A stretch of 55,376 nt of DNA from Asterionella formosa (Eukaryota), in assembly GCA_002256025.1 (NCBI GenBank), contig NKIB01013590.1, forward strand, positions 1-55,376, in the 5' to 3' direction. Shown here piece after piece: positions 39,213-49,342 of the stretch. The notes under the pieces are model-generated. The model ran no database searches, was not told the origin of the DNA, and was given only the letters and a program-made list of their open reading frames with translations. The stretch's first letter is position 1; each line of letters begins with the position of its first letter. A program made the translations under genes and the position numbers.

Positions 39213-39400
39213 CGGTATACCGGTGTCCGGTACCGGTACCGGTACCGATACCGATACCGATACCGATACCTGGTACCTGGTACCAGGTGGAGTACCGGTA
39301 CCGGTATTCCGTTTCTAATCATTCAACCCTCTACCTGTAGTTACCCTGGTACGGAGTACCTGGTACCAGGTACCAGTGGTACCTGATACCATCAGGGTAC
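39213..39400. repeat. Dense (GGTACC)n/(GATACC)n/(GGTACCW)n palindromic array
   Basis: Directly visible CCGGTACCGGTACCGGTACCGATACCGATACC...TGGTACCTGGTACCAGG. Confidence 0.9.
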
Positions 39401-40239
39401 ATATCGGCACCTTGATGTAACTTCACGTGCCGGTGTTCGGATGATAATTTACTGGTAGTTTCAGAACCGAACATATCCCCTTCTACCTGGTATGTACTGC
39501 GTCCTGAGTATGCTCGATTTTGTGTAGATAGAAAACCATAGATCCTATATAGAACGGAATTATGTTCAAGGAATAAAATTTATCGGTAATACACATTACT
39601 TGTACAATTTATGTTTGAACAATTTATTTTTGATACTCGTTGTCACACCATGCTCAATGCATCGTTCTTGGTTTCAAAAAAGCAGTCATACCAATCCATT
39701 TGACCAGTGCATATTAGTGACAAATATTTAACACACTGACGGAGATCGAACGAAAAGACCGCAAAAGAACGCGAAGTTCGCAAAAGACCTCAAAAGAACG
39801 AGAAAATCCGGATATACGACGTTTTTCTGTGGTCTTTTCGGTCCTTTGGGAAAACGTGATGCGAGGTCGATTTTAGATAAAACACCGTTTTTGTACGTGA
39901 CTTTTCGTACTTCGGGGTTTCCGTCAACTCCCTGGCGCACTGGCTATATCTTAGTAAAGTAGGAGTACAAAATTATAAAAACGCCACGTGCTATCAGTAT
40001 GCCGCGTACTGTGGTTCTTTACGAATGCCAGCATGACTTTTTTGACAACGAAAACTACCGCGTGGTGAGGCGGTTTCCGTTCGAGTACGTTGAATCGTGA
40101 AAAAGCAACAACTTAAAAAAACACGAATTGATGGTCATTCGTCCCTTCTGGTGTGAATGAATGTTGGGTTTGGATACGACAAAACGAATGCAGCAGCTAC
40201 ATCTTGCAGCTAGCATATAAAATCATCATAATTCGAAAT

Positions 40240-41778
40240 TTAATACTTGGGGAATGTACTGTCCACTTCTTCAGCCCATGCAGTATAGCCTCCCAATATG
40301 TTTTTCACGGAATGGATTTTGAGGCCTAATACCATGGCTTCAGTCAGTATTCGAGTTGCCTCCATGGAGAAGATACCCCGCCGACAGATGCAGTAAATGG
40401 GTTTGGATCCAAGAGCCTCAATCTCTCCCAACGATTCAGACAGTGACGATAAAGGTATATTGGTGGCACCCTCGAGCGAACACATTTCAAATTGTCGTTG
40501 GGCCCTGACGTCCAGCAAAATGTGGGGTGCACTCAGGTCACGGACTTGTTTGTAGTCCCGGCACGAAACATGAAGATCGTTGGCAATGGGACTCGGTATG
40601 TGCATTGGCGCATTTGCGCCTTGCTCTGCTATTCCTTGTGGCCCTCGCGCCATTCGACAAACTTCAACGCTGTCCTCCATGGATGCAATTGTAGTTGCGT
40701 CACTGCAAATTGGGCATTTCTTCGATTTAGGGGGCTTCTTGATAGTTATGAAGGAGCAGCTAAGCGAATCATACATTAACATACGATCATGCATCGTTGT
40801 GCCAACACCAGTCAATATCTTTATCACTTCCAAGGATTGTAAAATACCAATTAAGCCTGGAACAGGTCCCAGAACACCATTGTCCGAACATGATTTGCAG
40901 CCTTCGGCTGCGTTGGGCTTGGGATAGAGGCACCGGTAGCAAGGGCCCCCGGAATGATTGTATACAGTCAATTGCCCTTCTGTACCCATTGCACTGCCAG
41001 ACACTAGTGGCTTTCCTGACAAAACACATGCATCGTTGATAAGATACCGAGTCCTTGGATTGTCGCTTGCGTCAACAATGATGTCGTGGCGGGAAATGAT
41101 ATCTAGTGCATTCGCGTGGGTTAATGCTACTTCAAGAGCAGCACATGTAATGGTAGGATTCAGTGATATGACTGCTTGGCAAGCCGAAATTGCTTTGTTG
41201 ATCCCCACGTTGGCTTCTTTATGTATGACTTGCCGGTGCAGATTTGACATGTCCACGTCATCGAAGTCAGCAACGGAGATTCGCCCAACGCCGGAGGCTG
41301 CCAAGTAGAGTAGAGCGGTCGATCCGATGCCGCCAGCGCCTACAACCAGAACAGAGGAAGAAAGCAGCTTATATTGTCCTTCTACGCCAAACCCATCTTG
41401 TAGCAGTAGTTGTCGTGAATATCTTTCAATGTCCCCGGCTGAAAGTCTTTGGATTGGCTCCACAGTGTCAGGAAGTGGAGGAAACGTCTCCTGTGCTAAA
41501 TTAGTGTCACGCTTTAGCCGACTATTTTCCTCTGAGAGACGATGCACTTCCAACTCCAATTGCCGCAGCTGGCGCTGATAAGTCACTGCTTCATGCTTCA
41601 AGGCGTTATCTTTCTCCTTGATTTCTCGCTCATAAGTCAATCTTGCGACTTGGAGGTCGGTCTCTAATCGTTTGATTTCGTTTCTGGTTTCCTGATGGTC
41701 ACTTGAACCTGCCATCACAATCACGTCTTCTGATGTGTTCATGAGGTCGTTCAAGGCTTTTCTTTCATTTTCCATCAT
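40240..41778 (-). CDS. MOCS3: Adenylyltransferase/sulfurtransferase MOCS3/UBA4 (ThiF + rhodanese) with N-terminal coiled coil
   Basis: RYSRQ, VLVVGAGGIG, SNLHRQ, PCYRCLYP, CSDNGVLG, CPIC; rhodanese ICRRG; C-terminal FPKY. Confidence 0.95.
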   Translation of the reverse strand: MMENERKALNDLMNTSEDVIVMAGSSDHQETRNEIKRLETDLQVARLTYEREIKEKDNALKHEAVTYQRQLRQLELEVHRLSEENSRLKRDTNLAQETFPPLPDTVEPIQRLSAGDIERYSRQLLLQDGFGVEGQYKLLSSSVLVVGAGGIGSTALLYLAASGVGRISVADFDDVDMSNLHRQVIHKEANVGINKAISACQAVISLNPTITCAALEVALTHANALDIISRHDIIVDASDNPRTRYLINDACVLSGKPLVSGSAMGTEGQLTVYNHSGGPCYRCLYPKPNAAEGCKSCSDNGVLGPVPGLIGILQSLEVIKILTGVGTTMHDRMLMYDSLSCSFITIKKPPKSKKCPICSDATTIASMEDSVEVCRMARGPQGIAEQGANAPMHIPSPIANDLHVSCRDYKQVRDLSAPHILLDVRAQRQFEMCSLEGATNIPLSSLSESLGEIEALGSKPIYCICRRGIFSMEATRILTEAMVLGLKIHSVKNILGGYTAWAEEVDSTFPKY

Positions 41779-41893
41779 GTCAACGATCGCCAAGTCAAAC
41801 ACAAATTTTCAATTGGCACCCAGCAACTGAGAAGTATCTTTGTTCTTGTTTTTTTTTAACAGCAGATGCTTTTATACAAGACTTTACTACGTG

Positions 41894-41981
41894 CAAGTTC
41901 CGGTCATTTTGCTTAAATAAACAATTTAATATGGGATAAAAATAGCTAAAGTTTTAGTTTCAGCACAATCACCGCAACTTG
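41894..41981 (+). mobile_element. 88-bp MITE family 1, copy 3
   Basis: Same length, TIRs and core as 22105-22192. Confidence 0.85.
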
Positions 41982-42100
41982 CTTGTACCCTGGGTACCTG
42001 GTACAAGGTACCTGGTACCAGGTACTGTGGACATCACATGATCTGGTGGACCACATTGCTTCGTGGTACCTGGTACCTGGTACCTGGTACCTAGTACCAG

Positions 42101-42172
42101 AGTAGGTCCGGTAAACGAGAACTTTAGCTCAATCATTTTTTGAAGTAAAAACGTGTTTTTACCAGACCTTCC
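42101..42172. mobile_element. MITE family 2 (GGAAGGTCCG-type TIR), CAG target-site duplication
   Basis: AGTAGGTCCGGTAAA / TTTACCAGACCTTCC flanked by CAG on both sides. Confidence 0.65.
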
Positions 42173-42335
42173 CAGGTACCGGTACCCTGGTACCACTGGT
42201 ACCTGGTACCAACAAGATGAGACGAAACAATCATCCCTACCGACATTGCGTTATTAAATATAAAATGATAAGAAAAATAACCCCTACCGCAAAAGTCTTG
42301 CACATCAAACAGCAGTATCGCATATACCGGTAGTC

Positions 42336-43364
42336 ATGGCTCGTTCCACATCCTTGGCCGGATCTTGGGGTGTGTCCATAGCTGCCACAAGTATTCTTTT
42401 CGTGACATCTGGCGTGTTTTATTGGTATCATTCGAGGGTATTGAGAGAGTGCGAATCTAAGCTCAGAAGGGAGCGTCAGGCGGAGCGGACTGGGCGAATT
42501 CGTGCAGAAGTCAAGCTTCGCACGGCTATGAAAGGAAGCAAAGAACAAGATGGTACCATGAACATAAAATGTATTGGAACAGTTTTCTCCCCTTTTACAA
42601 AACGAATGGGAACGCCTCGACAAGGCGCTCTGGTGCCCGCTTCGAGAGCCTACATTCAACTAAACATCCCAATAGAAACGGTTGAAGGAGTAGAGCAATA
42701 CAGCCATCTATGGGTCATTTTTCAGTTTCATGCCAACACAGATCTGGTGTCCTCAAAGAAGACTAAGATTCGACCACCCAGAGGAGGAGGAATAAGAGTT
42801 GGGCAGCTGGCTACTCGTTCTCCTCATCGACCAAATGCACTGGGGTTAAGTTTAGTCAAGATCGAAGGACTGGACACCAGAATGAAGCGACTTCATATCT
42901 CTGCTTTAGATCTCGTCAATGGGACACCCGTTTATGACATCAAACCCTGCGTACCATGGGACGTACCTGGAAATTTTGATGGTAAATCCTTGCAAGTACC
43001 AGTATGGGTCGCCCAAGATGATGCTATTAGTGAAGTGCACTTTACTGAGTCTGCTGACAATGATTTGCAGCAGATGATATCCCAGAATCAACTTTCTCCT
43101 CTCTACTGTAAAAGTAATGATGGCTTCCAGGGGGCTCGGAAAACAATTGAACAAGTATTAGCTCAGGACCCTCGGGCATCAAACAAACGAGGGACCTTAA
43201 CTCAAAATGAGGAACCAAGCTACAAAATCACCTTTCTTAAGACCCAAGTTGAGTTTCAAGTGAAGGGAGGAGGTGTTGAAGTAATACACATCTATCCTAT
43301 TACCTTCAGTGAGTCATCATTTGTGGATGGGATTCCACTTACATCTGAAAATATGGGCCTATAG
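42336..43364 (+). CDS. TRMO: tRNA (adenine(37)-N6)-methyltransferase TRMO/TsaA (m6t6A) with N-terminal TM helix
   Basis: GTPRQG, YSHLWVIFQFH, KIRPPR, ATRSPHRPNALGLSLV, DLVNGTPVYDIKP, LAQDPR. Confidence 0.93.
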   Translation: MARSTSLAGSWGVSIAATSILFVTSGVFYWYHSRVLRECESKLRRERQAERTGRIRAEVKLRTAMKGSKEQDGTMNIKCIGTVFSPFTKRMGTPRQGALVPASRAYIQLNIPIETVEGVEQYSHLWVIFQFHANTDLVSSKKTKIRPPRGGGIRVGQLATRSPHRPNALGLSLVKIEGLDTRMKRLHISALDLVNGTPVYDIKPCVPWDVPGNFDGKSLQVPVWVAQDDAISEVHFTESADNDLQQMISQNQLSPLYCKSNDGFQGARKTIEQVLAQDPRASNKRGTLTQNEEPSYKITFLKTQVEFQVKGGGVEVIHIYPITFSESSFVDGIPLTSENMGL

Positions 43365-45872
43365 GGTGCATCATTGTTTAATTAAAACTTTGGATTGCCA
43401 TGCTTATAAAATAAATATCAATTTGACAACCACAACAAATTAGGCACTTACCCTAGTACAAATAGGTTCCCTTGAGCGGAGCTTCTCCATGAACTGTTGA
43501 TTGTTGATCAAAATAAGACTGATTGTCATACACAGCCATGGGTGTGGTAGGATTCCAAGAAAAAGCAAAACTGCTTGAAAACACAGCCAGATTGACCTCC
43601 AAATTTTCCTTGGAATGAATAGATTCCTCTTAGGAGATGACAGAATTTTCTTCATTTCCAAACAACTATTTTATCACCTTTGTTACAGAGGGATTGATTG
43701 TCATTGCCGTCATTGTACCTAATTGAAGTTTAAGCGATTGACCTGTTTTCATGGACCAATCGATTCATGTCTTCGTCATTCTCGCCCTACTCAATAATTT
43801 GTGAAAGGAATGGCTACATGATTTTGAGTCTTTATATGAAGCAGAAAATTGCTTTGGTGCTAAGATAGCTATCCTCGCCAGTATTCCCTCTTTTTAACCC
43901 TAAAACATTGCACCTCCCCCTCCAATAACAGACCTGAACAAGGATAGCCACCTAGACACCTTCCAGAGGACATCCACGTCCTGATCCTTTGGGTAATCTA
44001 TGTATTCCCCAGTGTATGCCATTGTCCATTTGCCAGGATGAAAAATGGTGCATAATATTGCCTTTGAAAGGAGACCAACTTCCAAATAGTAGGGCAGAAT
44101 GTCACATCCGGAAATTAATTCAAAAATTCGTCCATCTAGCTTTGCATGATTGCAACCATGATCCTAAACTAGCACCATCGCTCACCCAGAACCAGTGGTC
44201 ATCCCCCAGGGTAGTAGGGAGTGGTACCAAGTACCAGGTACCTTGTACACCAACTACCTGGGACCAGGGTATGCGGTAATTTTGCTACATCTAGTTCCAT
44301 ATACCACTTTGTACCGGCAATACTGATTCCAATTCCGAATTAATACATGTGTCTCTTCTTGATATCCATTTAATAACCCAACCCGACCGGCTTGTTGTTC
44401 CTATGTATATATATAGTTTTAATCTGACTTAGCCTACTAAATATTGAGACCAATCTGTTTTGCTTATTCCGCCATTTGCTTCTCATTCATTTTGATTAAT
44501 TTAGGACCGTGGCTTAAAGTAGATTTGCCTAAAGTATGGTAGTTTTGCTTAAAGTATATTTCCTTAGAGTAGTTTTGCTTAAAGTTGCAATTTTTCTTTT
44601 TGTGACGTCATCATTTCAATACTGCTGCCATCACAGTCACCTACAACCTATGTGCGTAATCATACTGTAGCTATAACTATGATACTGAATATGCACCGGT
44701 AGTTGTGTAGCTAGTTGCAAGTGGCTGGAGAATCCTTCATCATCATCTCATTGCAGCGTTGACCATGATGAAAATAGCAAATATCTCGACGAAAAATGAG
44801 AACGATGCTTTCCTCTTTTATCAAACACGACATAGATAGTACAATCGTAAAAGAATAATCCTAATAGCACTAATATTGACAACGAAAATTGAAGTCGCCG
44901 CTGGCACATTTTTTCAGTAGTGTCATCCTGTCTTCCATCATTATGGAACAAGATTATGTACTACTACCGGTAAATCGGAACTTCCCAAACAGGGTTGAAA
45001 AAGAGAAAACTATTCGTAAATTCAACTGCCCATTGGCATTTGCACCACAATTGCACCACCGATTGCACCACTATTACTTAGAGAAACCAAAATTGCACCG
45101 TCAGACTACCCATTTATAAAATCCGTGCTACGGCCTGCACTACCGTAGTGATATTTTCTACATAGGATCACGATCAGATTCATATAAGATATGTATTTTG
45201 TAGTAGCCAACGGCCGTAGGCTACCCGGTGGTACATACATGTAATGGGACATACCGGTACTAATAAAGTATTGCAAGCATTTTGTATCATATATATAGGT
45301 TACTACCAGTAATGAATTTTTAACTAAGGCACTCCTTGCTGACGTCATATTGTCGCTGCACCACATTGCACCACCATAGACCTACTGGTACTCCGGTAGT
45401 ACAAGGTACTGATTTAAGTACCGGTATATGCCTTTGGGCGTAGAGCAATATTAAATCTACACGGTGCAACTAGTAAGATTCAATATAAATGTATAAAAAA
45501 TATGTGTTAACCTCATTTTTTAAGCGCCTTAGTACTACTCTATGATTAGTAGGGGAGCCAGCACCAAGCCTGGGTTTTTTAATTGCAAATACTATTGAAC
45601 CCGCCTAGTAACAACCCAACAGTTGTGGTGTCTCTAGGTGCTTGTGTGCGGGGAAATAAAGGTGGATACACTCTCTCGAATGAGAGTTGGAGTTTGTTGT
45701 TGTGGTGCCGAAATGCTTTGATTAATTGCCAGTCTCCCGCCTTGGGGTTTAACCGGTGAAGAAAGATGTGCTCTTGGTTTGTGAGCGAAAAGTATTTTTC
45801 GGCCACACTGAGGTTTGGGGAATGTCTTGGGCTTGAGACTTTCGGGGAAGTGTGCTGTAAAATTTATTTTAA

Positions 45873-46700
45873 CTACTTTTGTCCTTTTTGGGCCATTCTG
45901 GCTGACTCTTCAAAGAGGAAATCTGGTTTTTCTAGAAACTTCTTTTTCTTTCCCAGATTTGCCTTCATTAGATCTGGCAAGAACTGGGAAAACAGGTGAG
46001 AGTCCCTGGTGTGTATTGTGTGCTGTTTGAGATACAGTTGCTTGAATTTTTCATCATATGCTGAATGTACTATATCCTCATGCTGTCCTCTGTGAAGAGT
46101 CTCGTTCCATTCCTCCCATGTTTTCAATACTACTAAGCTCCAAATTTGGGAGATTGCGTTTTTAGTCCAGTTCTGTGACTGAGATTCCGTCATTTCTTGT
46201 TCGGGGTCAGATAATATGACCTCGCTCCACCTTTTGGTGAGGTAACCTCGGAGAGTAGGGGAGCACCCTATTTTGGTTTGAATGTCGACTGCAGCCTTAA
46301 TCCTGGCTCTGGTATTGAACGTGATATGGGAAGGATAGATTATCTCGAATTGTGCAGACGTGCTGTTATTCAGGACATGATGGAGATAGGCCACAAAGAT
46401 GTGAGAGATTGGTTTTCCTCTCTTCGCATGATAAATCTTTGATGCAAGAAAAGTCATGCGGACTCCTCTAGCGATTTTTGGATTATTGCACTCTAGCAGG
46501 TGGTCGGTAGTCTTGAGATCTGTGCAGTGCGGGCATGTGGAGTCTCCCTGTGCCGCAAGAGCCCGCTTGGATCCTGTAGGAAGCCATCCATGGATAAACT
46601 TAGAAAGCATTGTTTGCTCCGACATAAAGCGCTGGAGAAAGCAGCCCAGTTAATATCTGTATACTCAAATGAAATCTTGTGTTTTGCCTTGAAAAAATGT
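45873..46700 (-). mobile_element. Non-LTR retrotransposon C-terminal fragment (post-RT zinc-finger region)
   Basis: KFIHGWLPTG, CPHC..TTDHLLEC, QTKIG..LRGYLTKRW, IW..WEEWNETLH; typical LINE C-terminus, no RT core present. Confidence 0.75.
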
Positions 46701-47591
46701 ATAAAAAATATCATGAGTAAACATATTGGCATACTCCTGATTTAATTTGTGTTTTGGTGTGGAGCAAAATTATGTCTACATTCAGTGATGTAGAGATAGT
46801 ATAAAGGTTTGAATATCATTTCGGTTTGTTTAAATGGGAGCTCTATCAATCTGGCGCTGACTCTCATTTAATCCAAATATTCAAATGGGCACTCGAATCA
46901 TGGGAACTCATAGCAGCAAACTCCTTGTTCCATGCCGTTTTTACAGCCCTAGCGACATTTTCTCCAAACTACCCGGTAGGGTTAAGCCGAGGGCCACTAC
47001 CTTAAACAAAATTTTGCTTAAAGTACGTTTTCTTAATGTAGAGTCAATTTTCTTAAACTAACGTAGTCCCTAAATATTTGCTTAAAGTAGAGTCAATTTG
47101 CTTAAACTAACGTCAAAATTACAATTTGTCAGAGCCTGTTTTGTCCCTAATTATCTGAATTTATCGAATTTTGTCCAGTCGTCTTTATTTGGGCCTGCGG
47201 GGGCAAGCCGTTAGAACTTTCATACTTAGATTTCTTAATGGCTGCTGAGTCGGGAATATTTGTCGGCTTTGGGAAATGAGTACACGAATACCGGTAAGCA
47301 AAATTGACGCAACTTGGTGGTACCTGGTACCAGGTAGACTTCTGTATGCTTGCCGATTACTATGTTGCATTTAGCTATGTACATTGCACATGCGTACGAA
47401 AAGCATGTGGATCATACGATTCGACACCATCGAAGGATGGTGGGCCTGACGAAGAAAACAATATGAGTACCGTTAAGCTATCATTTTGTACACTAACATA
47501 CCTAAATGTGCTATCTGTAGTCAGCAATGGAGTACATACCACTTCCAGCCCATTTGTGGTACCAGGTACCGGTATTTGTGCTGTGTACCAA

Positions 47592-47679
47592 CAAGTTTCG
47601 GTCATTTTGCTTAAATAAACAAATTAATATGGGGTAAAGATAGCTAAACGTTTAGTTTCAGCACGATTACCGCAACTTG
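47592..47679 (+). mobile_element. 88-bp MITE family 1, copy 4
   Basis: Same TIRs; flanks GTAC-CAA and CAG-GTA. Confidence 0.82.
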
Positions 47680-48415
47680 CAGGTATCATGTGAATTCCAG
47701 CCAGCCATCTCCTCTGCTCGTACTTTCATTCTATGTATGCACCTCGTACCTGGTACCTGGTACCAGATACCGGTAGTCAACAAAGGAGGCCAAAAAAAAG
47801 AATCTTCTTATTCCCCGCAGATTGGTCATCAAACATACATCTTAAAGTACGTTTTCTTAATGTAGAGTCAATTTTCTTAAACTAACGTAGTCCCTAAATA
47901 TTTGCTTAAAGTAGAGTCAATTTGCTTAAACTAACGTCAAAATTACAATTTGTCAGAACCTGTTTTGTCCCTAATTATCTGAATTTATCGAATTTTGTCC
48001 AGTCGTCTTTATTTGGGCCTGCGGGGGCAAGCCGTTAGAACTTTCATACTTAGATTTCTTAATGGCTGCTGAGTCGGGAATATTTGTCGGCTTTGGGAAA
48101 TGAGTACACGAATACCGGTAAGCAAAATTGACGCAACTTGGTGGTACCTGGTACCAGGTAGACTTCTGTATGCTTACCGATTACTATGTTGCATTTAGCT
48201 ATGTACATTGCACATGCGTACGAAAAGCATGTGGATCATACGATTCGACACCATCGAAGGATGGTGGGCCTGACGAAGAAAACAATATGAGTACCGTTAA
48301 GCTATCATTTTGTACACTAACATACCTAAATGTGCTATCTGTAGTCAGCAATGGAGTACATACCACTTCCAGCCCATTTGTGGTACCAGGTACCGGTATT
48401 TGTGCTGTGTACCAA

Positions 48416-48503
48416 CAAGTTTCGGTCATTTTGCTTAAATAAACAAATTAATATGGGGTAAAGATAGCTAAACGTTTAGTTTCAGCACGATTACCGCAAC
48501 TTG
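48416..48503 (+). mobile_element. 88-bp MITE family 1, copy 5 (produced by the 824-bp duplication)
   Basis: Identical to 47592-47679. Confidence 0.82.
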
Positions 48504-49342
48504 CAGGTATCATGTGAATTCCAGCCAGCCATCTCCTCTGCTCGTACTTTCATTCTATGTATGCACCTCGTACCTGGTACCTGGTACCAGATACCGGTAG
48601 TCAACAAAGGAGGCCAAAAAAAAGAATCTTCTTATTCCCCGCAGATTGGTCATCAAACATACATATATGTCGGTATGTGTACATATTTAAGTTGTATCGT
48701 TACCAGGTAATGTTTGTGGTATTCTCGTATTTTACACCATGCATACAATATACCATCCTCTGGGACTGTACACTACCGGTATATTTAAAGCGTGCGTACT
48801 ATTGTTTGTATTTCTTCTTATTTAGTATCCGTGAATTTTCTAGTTTTTGTTTGTTCGGTTGGCTACCGGGTATACTAGCTGCTACTGTGCGACGATTGGT
48901 GAGCGATAGGGCAACAGTGTACTCCAGAGTCCAGAGAACTCCAGGTCTGGTACCAGTACCTGGTCCTGGTACCTGTTAGCACGAACACGACACCAGGCTA
49001 CCGGTACAAGGTATGGTGGAGTACCTCGTACCTGGTACCTGGTACCAGTGCAATCAATCAGAGGAAATAAGGTAGACTACCGGTACCTGGTAACGGTACC
49101 AGGTAGTGAAGATCATCCTGAACGGACGACGAAGCAGAGCCCGAAGAAGAACTGTCACATTACAACTACCGTTTTCAATTCAACAGATATATAGGAAGTC
49201 GGAAGGGCTGGTCACTGTTGCTTGCTCTACCTCGCTAAGCAGGAGATCCAGGAACAGTGGAAACACCTCTGGTTTGAGTGGATCCTCGTTACTTGTCCAG
49301 TGTGTTTCATTTGTTGGCGGAGACTTTCAGCTCCTGTAGGGC

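Larger units (their letters stand above)
47017..48664. repeat. 824-bp near-perfect tandem duplication (47017-47840, 47841-48664)
   Basis: Near-identical ORFs at offset 824; only about two substitutions seen. Confidence 0.95.

Noticed and set aside
38968..39386. ORFs with YRYRYR / VPGTRY / TDTDTD runs (also 41969-42196, 53948-54496, 8044-8367)
   Set aside because: They are translations of the GGTACC arrays, which contain few stop codons
43440..44210. Decayed minus-strand coding-like sequence
   Set aside because: No recognisable motifs; probably a TE relic but unassignable
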